A stretch of 64,000 nt of DNA from Candidatus Woesebacteria bacterium (GCA_963749595.1 CAVVNJ010000010.1:1223-65222); one strand, 5' to 3'; numbered from the stretch's first letter, positions 10,950 through 24,621 are shown. Numbers and translations: made by a program. The notes: generated from the letters alone by a model not told the origin.

Positions 10950-11387
10950 CTAAATCTTGGTTCCCACGTGTTTCCAACCAATCAACCCGGCCTCGATTGG
11001 GTTTCGGAGAATATACTCCCGTACCCGCTCACGCTCGGCTTCGGTCCGTAAATAGACGGCCCGGAAACTGCCCTCAAACTGCTGCCCCGTCAAGGAATAC
11101 TTCTTTCGGAGGTATAAACCATAGCGAATCATTATCGAGCGCATGAACTCGGTAATGTCCCGCTGCTGTTTTTGAAAATAACGAAAATGAAAGTGGGTAT
11201 CGAGCAGACAATAAGTATCGACCAATATCAGTCCCGCCATCTCCCGGATTTTCCGCCGCACAATTTTGCGAAAAACCCAATAGTCTTTGTCCTCGAAGAA
11301 AACCGGCTGTTTATTAACTCCCCTGGAGTAAATATGGTACCAACCGTTTTCGACGTATGGGAAAATGCGATTGATTCTTGGCATCAT
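10950..11387 (-). mobile_element. REP-associated tyrosine transposase (RAYT, IS200/Y1-like)
   Basis: It has the HUH-type motif (..LLDTHFHFRYF..) and the C-terminal ..REYILRNPIEAGLIGW.. typical of RAYT/Y1 transposases. REP units flank it on both sides. Confidence 0.75.
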
Positions 11388-11453
11388 TATCTTTTAGCAG
11401 AAAAAACTGACCAAAAACTTACAACTACCGGAAACTATTGGGCTATTTAGCCT

Positions 11454-11468
11454 GGAAGGTATGACCTT
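11454..11468. repeat. Single REP-like unit (GGAAGGTATGACCTT) on the other flank of the RAYT
   Basis: Seen directly. Confidence 0.5.
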
Positions 11469-11471
11469 AAA

Positions 11472-11714
11472 CTAGCGTAATAAGCCATAGGCATGGTCGC
11501 TGGATTGAATCAAGCCGATAATGCCGATCGGTATCTGGTAGAGAACAATTAAATTCACAAATGCCTCTACTGCGGCATCGTAACTTTCGGGACTATCTTC
11601 TTGTCGACTGAGAATAAAAGCTTCGCCATACTGGTGAACCGCCGCTTGCTGCTCCGGAGTCAAAACCTCGCCAAATTGGTCCAGGGCTGACAAATACTCT
11701 TCTTCACGATTCAT
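11472..11714 (-). CDS. Small acidic hypothetical protein (80 aa)
   Basis: This is the only sizeable ORF in the interval. No motif was recognised. Confidence 0.35.
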   Translation of the reverse strand: MNREEEYLSALDQFGEVLTPEQQAAVHQYGEAFILSRQEDSPESYDAAVEAFVNLIVLYQIPIGIIGLIQSSDHAYGLLR

Positions 11715-11734
11715 GATCCCCTTTTGTTTTTTTG

Positions 11735-11805
11735 TGGACCTACCGAGAATCGAACTCGGGACTCGGCAATGCGAATGCCGCGGTATACCGCTTACCTATA
11801 GGCCC
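11735..11805 (-). tRNA. tRNA-Ala (anticodon CGC)
   Basis: Hand fold: GGGCCTA TA GGTA AGCGGTA TACC G CGGCA TTCGCAT TGCCG AGTC CCGAG TTCGATT CTCGG TAGGTCC A. G3:U70 is present and no CCA is encoded. Confidence 0.85.
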
Positions 11806-11839
11806 CACAGTCTCACTCCGAGAGGTTTTGTTGCCGATG

Positions 11840-11913
11840 TGGACCCAAGGGGATTCGAACCCCTGACCTTCTGCATGCCATGCAGACGCGCTAGCCAACT
11901 GCGCTATGGGCCC
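11840..11913 (-). tRNA. tRNA-Ala (anticodon GGC)
   Basis: Hand fold: GGGCCCA TA GCGC AGTTGGCTA GCGC G TCTGC ATGGCAT GCAGA AGGTC AGGGG TTCGAAT CCCCT TGGGTCC A. Confidence 0.9.
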
Positions 11914-11950
11914 GGTCAGAGGAATATTATACCATCTGGAAGGTTTGACT

Positions 11951-13170
<1,220 letters not shown>

Positions 13171-13189
13171 TTATGTTTAGTGCTTTTTA

Positions 13190-14347
13190 CTAGCGCAAAT
13201 AACCACCTGGATTAAGTAACTGCCCGCCTACCCTAACCTCAAAGTGCAAGTGCGTACCAGTTGAGCGGCCGGTCGATCCCATGTCACCAATCACATCGCC
13301 CTTGTTAACGGTTTGACCAACCTGGACGCGAACCACTGAAAGGTGGCCATACAACGTCACCGTGCCGTTGCCGTGATCAATCATTACCCGATTGCCGTAA
13401 CCAGTGTTGTCAACCCAGCCGGCCACGATGATCTTGCCGGAATCCGCCGCCAAAATCTTGCCGCCGCCACGGTTGGCAATGTCCCAACCCTTGTGGTACC
13501 AGAAGTAGCCCTGGGAAAGATAGCCGGCGGCTGGCCAGACAAAAGCGCCGGTCGCCGAAACGGCACCGGCATTGGGAGTGGTCAAGCGCACCGCGACAAA
13601 TGGTGCCACTTCGCGCCGCACACCGCCCGGAACATAAACGTACTGCCCGGCAGTCAGGGAGAAAGTAGTATCGTCGGCAAAACTGTTAAAGGGAAAAGAG
13701 ATGATCGGCTGAGCGGCCACTTCGTCGTCGCCGAGACCGTATTTCTTGGCAATCGTGAAAATCGTTTCCCCACGCTGAACTTTATGGCGCACTCCGTCCA
13801 TGGGCAGAATCCGCAGGCGCTGTCCGGGCGTAAGTTTGGACTGGGATGTCAGATTATTTTCCATGAAAATTGAGTTTGGCTGGAGGTTATACTTTTGGGC
13901 GATCGCGGCAACTGTTTCACCAGGTTGCACCACGTGCTCGATCACCTCTCCCCCACGGAACTTGACTACTTCTTCGCTCAGCTCGGTCACGAAGGCGGTG
14001 TCACCAGTGGAGGTGCGGATCACGGCTGAAGGAATCGCCGGCGCGGTAAGTTCCTCGGCCGTCGCTCTCTGAACCAGGAGCGGGCCAAAAGTGATCCCGA
14101 CAAAAAAGATACTCATCAGGGCGGTGTGCAGGAACGGCCGGGCGAACTTACCGCGCCGCTTGTACAAAATCCCAACCACCAAATCTTTCAGTAGCTCAAG
14201 ATAGGAAAACAAAACGTAACCGCGCCGGTAGGTGTACTCGCGCCAAAAGGCCAAAAACCGCCACCAATCACCGGGAGTGGTCCGGCTCGAGCGGGTCGAG
14301 GTTTCGCCCACTGCCGCTGTCGATCCTTTTCGCCATTTGCCAAACAC
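13190..14347 (-). CDS. LysM-domain M23 family metallopeptidase
   Basis: There are two LysM-like segments (HVVQPGETVAAIAQKYNL, HKVQRGETIFTIAKKYGL). The M23 signature is ..GSTGRSTGTHLHFEV... Confidence 0.85.
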   Translation of the reverse strand: MFGKWRKGSTAAVGETSTRSSRTTPGDWWRFLAFWREYTYRRGYVLFSYLELLKDLVVGILYKRRGKFARPFLHTALMSIFFVGITFGPLLVQRATAEELTAPAIPSAVIRTSTGDTAFVTELSEEVVKFRGGEVIEHVVQPGETVAAIAQKYNLQPNSIFMENNLTSQSKLTPGQRLRILPMDGVRHKVQRGETIFTIAKKYGLGDDEVAAQPIISFPFNSFADDTTFSLTAGQYVYVPGGVRREVAPFVAVRLTTPNAGAVSATGAFVWPAAGYLSQGYFWYHKGWDIANRGGGKILAADSGKIIVAGWVDNTGYGNRVMIDHGNGTVTLYGHLSVVRVQVGQTVNKGDVIGDMGSTGRSTGTHLHFEVRVGGQLLNPGGYLR

Positions 14348-14360
14348 GCTGTACCTGGTT

Positions 14361-15716
14361 CTACCCTTCCTTCAGGCTGGCCAAGAATTGCTTATTCGTC
14401 TTGGTTTCCTTCAGTCGACGCACCACCATCTCGGTTCGTTCGTCTTCACCCAGCATATCAACCATGCGGTGCATTACCAAGATGCTCTGGTAATCCTGGC
14501 TAGAAAACAACAGATCATCGCGCCGAGTTCCCGAACGCTGCAGATTAATTGCCGGGTAGACCCGACGTTCAGCCATCCGGCGATCAAGGTGCAACTCCAT
14601 ATTGCCGGTACCCTTAAACTCCTCGAAAACCAAATCGTCCATTCGTGAGCCGGTGTCGACGAGAGCCGTACCGATAATCGTCAGCGATCCCGCCTCTTCA
14701 AAATTGCGGGCAGCGCCAAAAAAGCGCTTCGGCGGGTACAAGGCAGCCGGGTCAAAACCACCGGATAGAGTTCGGCCAGACGTAGGAATCGCTAAGTTGT
14801 AGGCCCGAGCTAGACGGGTAATCGAGTCCATGAGAATGACGACGTCTCTCCCCTCCTCCACCAAACGCTTGGCGCGCTCAAGAGCAACTTCCGCTACTCT
14901 AGTCTGCTCAACTGCCGGTTCGTCAAAGTTGGAAGCCGCGGTCTCGCCTTTACCCTTAGTAATCCGCTCAATATGACGGCGGATATCAGTCACCTCTTCC
15001 GGACGCTCGCCAATGAGCACCGCCATAACATGCATGTCGGGAAAGTTTTCGGCGACTCCAGTGGCGATGTCCTTCATGATGGTTGTCTTGCCAGCCTTGG
15101 GCGGCGAAACAATCATGCCGCGCTGACCCTTGCCGATTGGCGCTACCAGATCAATGAGGCGGGTAGAAATCGGTTCAGGACCGGTTTCCAAGGTTAATTT
15201 TTCGTCAGGATAAACCGGTACCAGGTCTTCAAAACGACGACGGCCGTGAACTTTCTCCGGTTCCTTGCCGTTCACTTTGGTGATCTCCACCATGCCCCAG
15301 TAACGATCGTTTTCGCGTGGCTCGCGAGCCGATCCTTCCAAAAAATCACCCGGACGCAATCGCAAACGACGTACCATGGCAATACTAAGGTAGGCATCGC
15401 GGCGGGATTGGGAAAAACCGGTCCGAACGACCGCATGGCCCTCAACGCCCAAATCTAGGTAGCCGGCAATGGGGTGAATTGGTAAATTACTCGCGCTTTC
15501 GGAGGGAGGGTTGTTGGGACGACGACCAAAATCGCGATCCCGACCACCGCGAAAACGGCCCCGACTCGGCTCGCTCTCTACTGCAACACTGGAGCGGCTC
15601 GATTTTTCGGGCGTAACTTTATCGATTTTAGGCTCAACCGGCACACTGGGTGCCGCTTCGGCAACTTTTACTTGAGGTTCAGCGTCAGCTTGACGCGCTG
15701 GGGCTTCATCAGCCAT
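14361..15716 (-). CDS. rho: Transcription termination factor Rho with a ~100-aa disordered R/G/P-rich N-terminal extension
   Basis: It has the Walker A motif [18 protein letters not shown] and the ..[24 protein letters not shown].. region. Confidence 0.95.
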   Translation of the reverse strand: MADEAPARQADAEPQVKVAEAAPSVPVEPKIDKVTPEKSSRSSVAVESEPSRGRFRGGRDRDFGRRPNNPPSESASNLPIHPIAGYLDLGVEGHAVVRTGFSQSRRDAYLSIAMVRRLRLRPGDFLEGSAREPRENDRYWGMVEITKVNGKEPEKVHGRRRFEDLVPVYPDEKLTLETGPEPISTRLIDLVAPIGKGQRGMIVSPPKAGKTTIMKDIATGVAENFPDMHVMAVLIGERPEEVTDIRRHIERITKGKGETAASNFDEPAVEQTRVAEVALERAKRLVEEGRDVVILMDSITRLARAYNLAIPTSGRTLSGGFDPAALYPPKRFFGAARNFEEAGSLTIIGTALVDTGSRMDDLVFEEFKGTGNMELHLDRRMAERRVYPAINLQRSGTRRDDLLFSSQDYQSILVMHRMVDMLGEDERTEMVVRRLKETKTNKQFLASLKEG

Positions 15717-15784
15717 GACTCTCCTTCTTACTTACGATTTTTACTATTTTTTGAATCAATTAAACATCGCGTGGGAATAAATGG

Positions 15785-15793
15785 ATTGTAACA
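15785..15793 (-). promoter_or_regulatory. Candidate extended -10 (TGT-TACAAT) for rho
   Basis: The minus strand reads ..gcttgTGtTACAATcc.. about 70 nt upstream of the rho ATG. No good -35 was seen. Confidence 0.35.
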
Positions 15794-15794
15794 C

Positions 15795-16014
15795 AAGCTA
15801 AGGTCCAAGACAGGGTGGAAGTTCGGAGGCCTGCCCAACGTCCGAACCTCCACGCTATCTTGGCAGCTTTGCGTATTCTTGGGGTTGACGCCCAAACACC
15901 GCGGTGTATGGTAGTCGCAGTGGTGTCCTCCTGCCTACTCGGACACTCCTAATCTTGAAGAAAGCATCGTTACTCGTGATCTTTGTATCAGCGGTGAGGA
16001 TGCTTTCTTTTTTT
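15795..16014 (+). ncRNA. Candidate structured small RNA of unknown class ending in an intrinsic terminator
   Basis: Nested helix: CCAAGA(15805-10)/TCTTGG(15858-63) plus GTGGAAGTTCGGA(15815-27)/TCCGAACCTCCAC(15841-53). Hairpins lie at 15879-15895, 15896-15907 and 15921-15948. The terminal hairpin is GAAAGCATC..GATGCTTTC followed by T7 (15957-16014). No ORF is present. Confidence 0.3.
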
Positions 16015-16221
16015 GTACCCCGTTGGCCGGATTATAACGCCCACCCTACCCCATTGCAAGACCTATAGCGCTCGATGTCGTTGCGATTTACTTAACCCAT
16101 ATTATATTTTTAAGACATCTACGCCTGGAGAATGCGAACTTATCAGGTTGAGAATAGAAATGTGGAAAACTTTTTCCCATTTCCCACCACCCATGAAGCC
16201 AGGTAGTCGAGTTTATGGCCA

Positions 16222-16693
16222 GGAATATACATCTCCCTGGCCAGTTGCGCCTCAAATGGGTGGGTAAAGGCACCGGGAAGATCCGCTTGGAGGAACATTT
16301 GGGTACCGTTGGCGTCCAGTCCGGCAATTTAGGGACTTTTTCTGAGCCATTGGGATGCCAATTTAAAACTGGGGACTTTTCGGGGACTATTTGAGTCCAG
16401 GGCGTCAAGTCGAGTAGGGTTGTGTCTGTGATTACCGCGTCGATTAACTATCGTTCCCAATATCCACCACTTTCTGCAGCCGACCGAGTTCTCTGAATTT
16501 GATGGTCCATAAAAGGTACGCATAAAGTCCCCGATTTAAAGTCGGCACACTAAAGGCACCTAAAAGCTCCTTATTCGACCAACCGGGGTTAAACCAGAAC
16601 CAATTGTGGACCATTAAGGGAACATCACTGGAACATTTACGGACTATTTCGGGCGCAAATCGCTGGGAGGATATAGATCCCAAACTCGTGAAG
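16222..16693. mobile_element. TIR-bounded repeat element, copy C (divergent, no RHH ORF)
   Basis: The left end is GGAATATACATCTCCCTGGCCAGTTGCGCC. The right end is GGCGCAAATCGCTGGGAGGATATAGATCCCAAACTCGTGAAG. The right end and the following ..TTGTGAAAAACCAAAA match copy B. Confidence 0.55.
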
Positions 16694-16716
16694 AGAATTG
16701 TGAAAAACCAAAAGAC

Positions 16717-18099
16717 TCACCCCCCGCTAGCCCGCGGAATCAAACCTGATACGTGTTTCAGGTCTTTCGCGCTGCGGACTGACTTGTAGCCAAGTCGCTG
16801 CGCCTCTTTAATCCTCTTTTCCAAACCAACTACCCGTCGCACCTCGCCCAATAAGCCGATTTCACCACAATACACGAGCTCGTCCCCAAGCGACTTCTCC
16901 TTTTTCGATGAGATCAGCGCCGCCCCTACCGCCAAATCAATGCCCGGATCGCGAAACTCTAAGTTGCCCACCACATTCACAAAAACATCATGGTCAGACA
17001 GATCCAACTTTGCATGCTTCTGTAAAACGGCCAGCAACAAATGTAGTTTGTTCACATTTATTCCTCGACTTACCCGCCGTGGCGAAGGCAGGTAGGAACG
17101 CACGACTAAAGCCTGGACCTCAACCACCACGGGCCGGGTTCCCTCCAGACAAACCGCCAGCGCCGATCCTGGTTTCCCCAGGGATTGTTCTTCCAAAAAG
17201 ATCTCTGCGGGATTGCTCACCTCTTGGGCGCCATCACCAGTCAGGCGGAACAAACCGACCTCATCGGTCGGGCCAAACCGGTTTTTTAAGGAGCGAACCA
17301 GGCGTATTTCTCCTGATCTATCACCCGTTATCTCGATTACTGCATCAACAATATGTTCAAGGATTTTTGGCCCGGCAATGTCGCCGTCTTTGGTGACATG
17401 GCCTACCAAGAAAATTGGCGTTCCACTCTGCTTGGCCCAGGAAATTAAGCGCAAAGTCGTCTCCCGTAGTTGCGCTACCGAGCCAACAATGCCCGTTAAG
17501 TCGCTGGTAAACATGCTCTGTATCGAGTCCACGATGACTAGTGTTGGCCGCTTGTCCCCCACCAAACCCAACAATTGATCAATGTCAGTGACGGCTGAAA
17601 AGGACAAACGGCTTAAATAATCGGTTTTAGCTTTGGCAGACGGACCGGTCATTCGTTCAATGCGGAGAGCAATTTGGGTCGGACTTTCCTCACCGGCCAC
17701 ATAAAGAATATTCTGCTTTGGTTGGTCCATAAGCATTTTAAGTATCATCTGAGTAAGGATTGTTGACTTACCAATTCCTGGCTGGCCGCCAACCAAAAAA
17801 ACCGAACCTTTCACGATACCACCACCAAAAACCCGATCCAGTTCGTAGAGGCCGGTGGGGAGGCGGCCAGCCGACTCTTCCTTCCGCGCCATCACGTCTA
17901 AGGCGGAAACATAGTCCTCGGCCGCAAGGCCGTAGAAAGCGGAATTTCGGCGCTTCTGCTCCGTGGCTGGCATTACCACTGACTCCACCAGCGTGTTCCA
18001 AGCCCCGCACTGCCCGCACTGCCCACCCCATTTGGGAAAGCTGGCGCCGCAAGCATCACAGGTATATTGAGTTTTGGGTTTCGCTGGGGTTTTAGGCAT
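16717..18099 (-). CDS. radA: DNA repair protein RadA/Sms
   Basis: It has the zinc ribbon CDACGASFPKWGGQCGQCGAWNT, the Walker A motif GGQPGIGKST, KNRFG, and a Lon-like C-terminal domain. Confidence 0.95.
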   Translation of the reverse strand: MPKTPAKPKTQYTCDACGASFPKWGGQCGQCGAWNTLVESVVMPATEQKRRNSAFYGLAAEDYVSALDVMARKEESAGRLPTGLYELDRVFGGGIVKGSVFLVGGQPGIGKSTILTQMILKMLMDQPKQNILYVAGEESPTQIALRIERMTGPSAKAKTDYLSRLSFSAVTDIDQLLGLVGDKRPTLVIVDSIQSMFTSDLTGIVGSVAQLRETTLRLISWAKQSGTPIFLVGHVTKDGDIAGPKILEHIVDAVIEITGDRSGEIRLVRSLKNRFGPTDEVGLFRLTGDGAQEVSNPAEIFLEEQSLGKPGSALAVCLEGTRPVVVEVQALVVRSYLPSPRRVSRGINVNKLHLLLAVLQKHAKLDLSDHDVFVNVVGNLEFRDPGIDLAVGAALISSKKEKSLGDELVYCGEIGLLGEVRRVVGLEKRIKEAQRLGYKSVRSAKDLKHVSGLIPRASGG

Positions 18100-18141
18100 G
18101 CCAAAAGTCTAACACGCGATTCTTACCGGAAACAAACCATT

Positions 18142-19044
18142 TTAGGTAAGCTTGGACTCATCAAGAAACTCAATTTGATAATTCATCGACGAATAATCGG
18201 TTTTACTCTCGGTCAAGAAATTTTGGACCACTTGATCAAATAGATCCTGATCGAATCCCTCATCCCTGGTTACCAGAAGAGTGAACGGATATTCCTGGTC
18301 TTTTCCAGCCAGAGTCGAGTGGCTACCACGAGCGATATTTAAGGCCAAAAAACCGTATTGGACCATTAGTCCGTAGGCAGTTTTTTTATCTTGGTTGCCC
18401 AGGAATTCGGTATTACTAATGATGAAGGTCCGCTCGCCAACCTTACCTGGGGTATCGCCCAAAAAACAACCGCCAGCGTCCATCACCGCCATCGTGGTGT
18501 AATGGTGACCATGATCGACGTCCAGATGTGCATATTCAGCCCCCACGGCTTCCGCCAGAGCCTTAGACCAGAGCTGGCCAATTTTGTCTTTATTGGGTGA
18601 ATTGAGAGCGAGATCGAGGGCGGCCTGACCAACAACCGCCGCCATTCTGGCTTGAAGCTCAGGGCTGGCGCGAAGCGCGTCGTGCACCAATCCGGCGGCA
18701 CCACAACTCTTGTGAGAGGTAATGAATCGACCGCCTTTTTTCGTGACCACCCGCTCGTCCATACAGCAGGCACAATATTCTTGAGCTTTGTCGGATTTGA
18801 GGAAATCAACTATTTGGTCAAAAGCCAAACCGTTAAAAACAAACTCGGCCAAAAAGGTTCCTGGCGTACGGAAAGTTTGCGGCGCTTCCCTGTGTGGGGC
18901 ATAGATTTCGCGGAGATACGCCAACCGCGACTGTGGATCTTCAAAGTGAACCGATTTCACCTCATGATGATCGGCGTGCAAATCAGGCATTTTCTCTCCT
19001 CTTTCCATGTTGTTCCAGATCTTAGCCCTGTTCCGCCGTTTCAA
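18142..19044 (-). CDS. Hypothetical protein (about 300 aa)
   Basis: This is a long ORF with coding-like composition. The start is uncertain. No reliable motif was found. Confidence 0.5.
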   Translation of the reverse strand: MKRRNRAKIWNNMERGEKMPDLHADHHEVKSVHFEDPQSRLAYLREIYAPHREAPQTFRTPGTFLAEFVFNGLAFDQIVDFLKSDKAQEYCACCMDERVVTKKGGRFITSHKSCGAAGLVHDALRASPELQARMAAVVGQAALDLALNSPNKDKIGQLWSKALAEAVGAEYAHLDVDHGHHYTTMAVMDAGGCFLGDTPGKVGERTFIISNTEFLGNQDKKTAYGLMVQYGFLALNIARGSHSTLAGKDQEYPFTLLVTRDEGFDQDLFDQVVQNFLTESKTDYSSMNYQIEFLDESKLT

Positions 19045-19189
19045 TCATTGATTGCAAGCCGGAAAGCATTCCCTTAAGATCGCCTTCCACTTGCTGCCAG
19101 TCACCCTTAGCCTCGCGAATCGCCGAGAAAATCAGGTTCATATCAACCAAAATTTGATCATCGTTGACCACCATGTACTGCTTGGACAT
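19022..19189 (-). CDS. Possible small protein (55 aa), below the ORF-track size cut-off
   Basis: ATG at 19189 follows a GGAGG RBS. The product is MSKQYMVVNDDQILVDMNLIFSAIREAKGDWQQVEGDLKGMLSGLQSMIETAEQG. It overlaps the next gene start by 23 nt. Confidence 0.3.
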   Translation of the reverse strand: MSKQYMVVNDDQILVDMNLIFSAIREAKGDWQQVEGDLKGMLSGLQSMIETAEQG

Positions 19190-19221
19190 AAGCCTCCGTC
19201 CGGGATTAAATCCCAGTTTTC

Positions 19222-20373
19222 TTATTTGTAGGTAACCGGCAACTCTTGAACCGTCGGCGAAAGCGAGACTCGGCGTTGTTGCGTGTCAACCGAATCGACC
19301 ACCACCGAAACTTTTTCACCTTCGAAATAGGTCTGGCCAGCCAACTTGCTCTCGTGAATCAAGCCGTCCACTCCGGACGCAATGGTCACGAAAACGCCGA
19401 AAGGCACCACTCGCGAAACCGTACCGGTGACCGTGGAACCAGGCTCAACTTCCGTAGCCAATTTTTCCCAAGGATCACCTTGTAATTGCTTGATGGACAG
19501 GGTTAATTTGCCCTGTTCTTTGTCCACCATCAACACCTTGGTCTCCACTTTTTGACCCTTTTTGTAGAGCGTGTTCAAGTCGTCCACTTTATCCCAGGCG
19601 ACTTCGGAAATGTGCACCAGACCTTCCAAGATGCCAATACCCTCGCCCACCGGAACTTCCACCGCCACGAAAATGCCGAACGGCTTAATGCCGGTAATAG
19701 TACCGGAAACCACATCGTTTTCCTTGATTGCGTCCATCGCTTGGCTGGAATTAGCAATCTCAGCGGCCTCAGAAACCAAACGCTCCGAGAAAATCAGGCG
19801 GTTCTTTTCCTTGTCGGTCTCGATAATCTTGACCTGTAGATCCGATCCCTTGAGGGCATTAAGCCGGCTGGACACGGCGCGACCAAACTGACTGGTCGGA
19901 ATAAAGCCGCGCACACCGTCTAAAACCACCACCATGCCGCCGCGGTTGACATCAATCGCCTTAGCCGTGATCGTGGTCTGATCTTCCATTAACTTGGTAA
20001 ATTCGTCCCATTTCTTGTCGAGGGCGGCCTTCTTGAGGGAAAGTAAAATTTGGCCCTGTTCGTTTTCACTGTCGAGCACGTAAACGTCAACGGTGTCGCC
20101 AACATTCAAAGTAGAGATGAAATCCTCGGCGATGGCGAATTCTTTATCCACCACCAAGCCTTCGGTTTTGCCACCAACGTCAACCAGGACCATTTTCTTG
20201 GTGATGCCGACGACTTTTCCCTGGATCACGTTGCCGGTCTTGGGAACTTTTAGTTGTTGGTCGGCCTGGGCGAGCAGGTCCTCCATGGTGAGCTTGGGGG
20301 CAGCTGGGGTCGCTTGAGGCTCGGAAGCCTGAGGCGTAATTGGTTGTTTTGTAGTCGCGGTGGTTTTAGCCAT
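19222..20373 (-). CDS. rpsA: 30S ribosomal protein S1 (multi-S1-domain)
   Basis: S1 domains repeat (..GNVIQGKVVGI.., ..GTITGIKPFGIFVAV.., ..GTVSRVVPFGVFVTI..). ATG at 20373 follows an AAGGAG RBS. The ORF-track start at 20481 is probably too long. Confidence 0.9.
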   Translation of the reverse strand: MAKTTATTKQPITPQASEPQATPAAPKLTMEDLLAQADQQLKVPKTGNVIQGKVVGITKKMVLVDVGGKTEGLVVDKEFAIAEDFISTLNVGDTVDVYVLDSENEQGQILLSLKKAALDKKWDEFTKLMEDQTTITAKAIDVNRGGMVVVLDGVRGFIPTSQFGRAVSSRLNALKGSDLQVKIIETDKEKNRLIFSERLVSEAAEIANSSQAMDAIKENDVVSGTITGIKPFGIFVAVEVPVGEGIGILEGLVHISEVAWDKVDDLNTLYKKGQKVETKVLMVDKEQGKLTLSIKQLQGDPWEKLATEVEPGSTVTGTVSRVVPFGVFVTIASGVDGLIHESKLAGQTYFEGEKVSVVVDSVDTQQRRVSLSPTVQELPVTYK

Positions 20374-20428
20374 GAACCGAGAATCTCCTTTCAAAAGACG
20401 AGTTATTATAACATGGCTAAAATGGGGT

Positions 20429-21229
20429 TTAGATAGCGCCCATCTCAAGAGCGGTAATCTGCGCTTTGGCAGCCAACTCAACCGCCGCTAGCTGCTCGTC
20501 GGATAAATCCCCACTCTGCTGGAGCGATCGGGCCAATTCCAAAGATTTGTTAACTTCCTCAACGCTATTTTGCCGGCCAAAATTTTTAATGAAGCTCAGC
20601 GCCAATTCCAGGGATAATTCTTGCAATCTAACCTTGGCACTGTTCTCAATCAGGGCAAATTGGTCTGGACGTACTTGCTGTGAATCACGATTTTCTTCGG
20701 CCGCTTTTAAGATTTGCCGAACCTCGCCTGAGGAGCCAGCCCTCTTGAATTGACTAATTAGCGTGCGATAAATCCGGTCTTGAGTCGTGAATTTAGCTTC
20801 TAGCGCGGAGTCGATTTTGGGCAATTTACCAACCTCCATATTCAATGCCGCTTGGAGAAGTGGATCTGATGTTTGGGTCAACTCCTGAAACTCTTTCTTC
20901 CCATCATTTTCCTTATCGGGAGCAAAGTGGCTGCGGAAGGTAGCTAGCTCTTCTGGCGTCTGAATCCGCTTCGCTTCATCTAAATAGGAAGAGCCCTCAT
21001 CGGCGATGCGCCTTGACTCGGGATAAATTTTTTCTTCCTTGGAATCGATCTGCTCTTTTCGCCTCTTCTCCCAATCAGCCTTCTGTTCAGGAGACCAATC
21101 AAGATTCATTGGGCTGGCCTCGTCATAAGCCTTGGCTGCCACCTCATCTGCCTGGTGAGCCTGATTAAGGTCCTCCAGCGTCGCTCCCTCGACCAGATTC
21201 GGTTCAAATTGCGAAATCTCTTCCGGCAT
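20429..21229 (-). CDS. Hypothetical helical/acidic protein (266 aa)
   Basis: ORF only; no motif was recognised. Confidence 0.45.
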   Translation of the reverse strand: MPEEISQFEPNLVEGATLEDLNQAHQADEVAAKAYDEASPMNLDWSPEQKADWEKRRKEQIDSKEEKIYPESRRIADEGSSYLDEAKRIQTPEELATFRSHFAPDKENDGKKEFQELTQTSDPLLQAALNMEVGKLPKIDSALEAKFTTQDRIYRTLISQFKRAGSSGEVRQILKAAEENRDSQQVRPDQFALIENSAKVRLQELSLELALSFIKNFGRQNSVEEVNKSLELARSLQQSGDLSDEQLAAVELAAKAQITALEMGAI

Positions 21230-21312
21230 AATTCCTTCCTGTTTCTGGCATCAGTATTACACTCGATTATCTCCCCGTCCAGTCTCTGACGGCATAAAAA
21301 AACGCCATTCAC

Positions 21313-21426
21313 CCGGCCCTGAGCTATTCTCCCACATCGTTGCCAATGCAGTACGTTCACCGCTGCGGCGTTTCAAGACTCTGTTCGGAAAGGGAAGAGT
21401 TGGGACCACCGCGCACTAAGGACCGG
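21313..21426 (-). rRNA. rrf: 5S rRNA
   Basis: The reverse complement reads CCGGTCCTTAGTGCGCGGTGGTCCCAACTCTTCCCTTTCCGAACAGAGTCTTGAAACGCCGCAGCGGTGAACG...GGGCCGG. The termini pair and a T7 run follows. Confidence 0.8.
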
Positions 21427-21444
21427 ATGAATGGCGTCTCTCTC

Positions 21445-21521
21445 GGGTCTGACCCTCAGGGTCAAACGGATCCATCATCAAATGTTCAAGTACAGGTCTT
21501 TACCCCCGGAGGGTCAGACCC
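21445..21521. repeat. REP-like palindromic units in the 23S-5S spacer
   Basis: The units are GGGTCTGACCC, AGGGTCAAAC, AGGTCTTTACCC and GAGGGTCAGACCC. Confidence 0.5.
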
Positions 21522-21538
21522 GTAGTGTTCACGAGCAC

Positions 21539-21562
21539 TTCGCTCGCAAACAAGTAGAGAGA
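21539..21562 (-). other. 3' half of the 23S processing stem
   Basis: TTCGCTCGCAAACAAGTAGAGAGA is the near-perfect inverted complement of 24714-24737. Confidence 0.7.
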
Positions 21563-21710
21563 CACCAGCTTTTTCCGAAGAAAAAGTCGGCTTTCAAAAA
21601 ACCTACACGCAATCATTTTTTCGCGTCTGTTTCCCGAAGGAAACGTTCGAATTTGTGGTCGATTTCTCGAGCCAGCATATGCTGACTCATTAACAACCAC
21701 GTGTATTCAA

Positions 21711-24621
<2,911 letters not shown>

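Noticed and set aside
15795-16014. RNase P RNA, SRP (4.5S) RNA or 6S RNA identity for the structured intergenic segment.
   Set aside because: There is no GAGGAAAGUCC-type P4 strand or ACAGAA motif. There is no GGAA-tetraloop or AGCA domain IV. The termini do not pair as in 6S. The length (~220 nt) is also too short for RNase P. It is kept only as an unclassified candidate.
18142-19044. Beta-carbonic-anhydrase-like zinc motifs (CMDERV ... SHKSCG) in the 300-aa hypothetical protein.
   Set aside because: The two motifs are only about 17 residues apart, far closer than my recollection of the spacing in beta-CAs. The rest of the sequence shows no resemblance that I can recognise.
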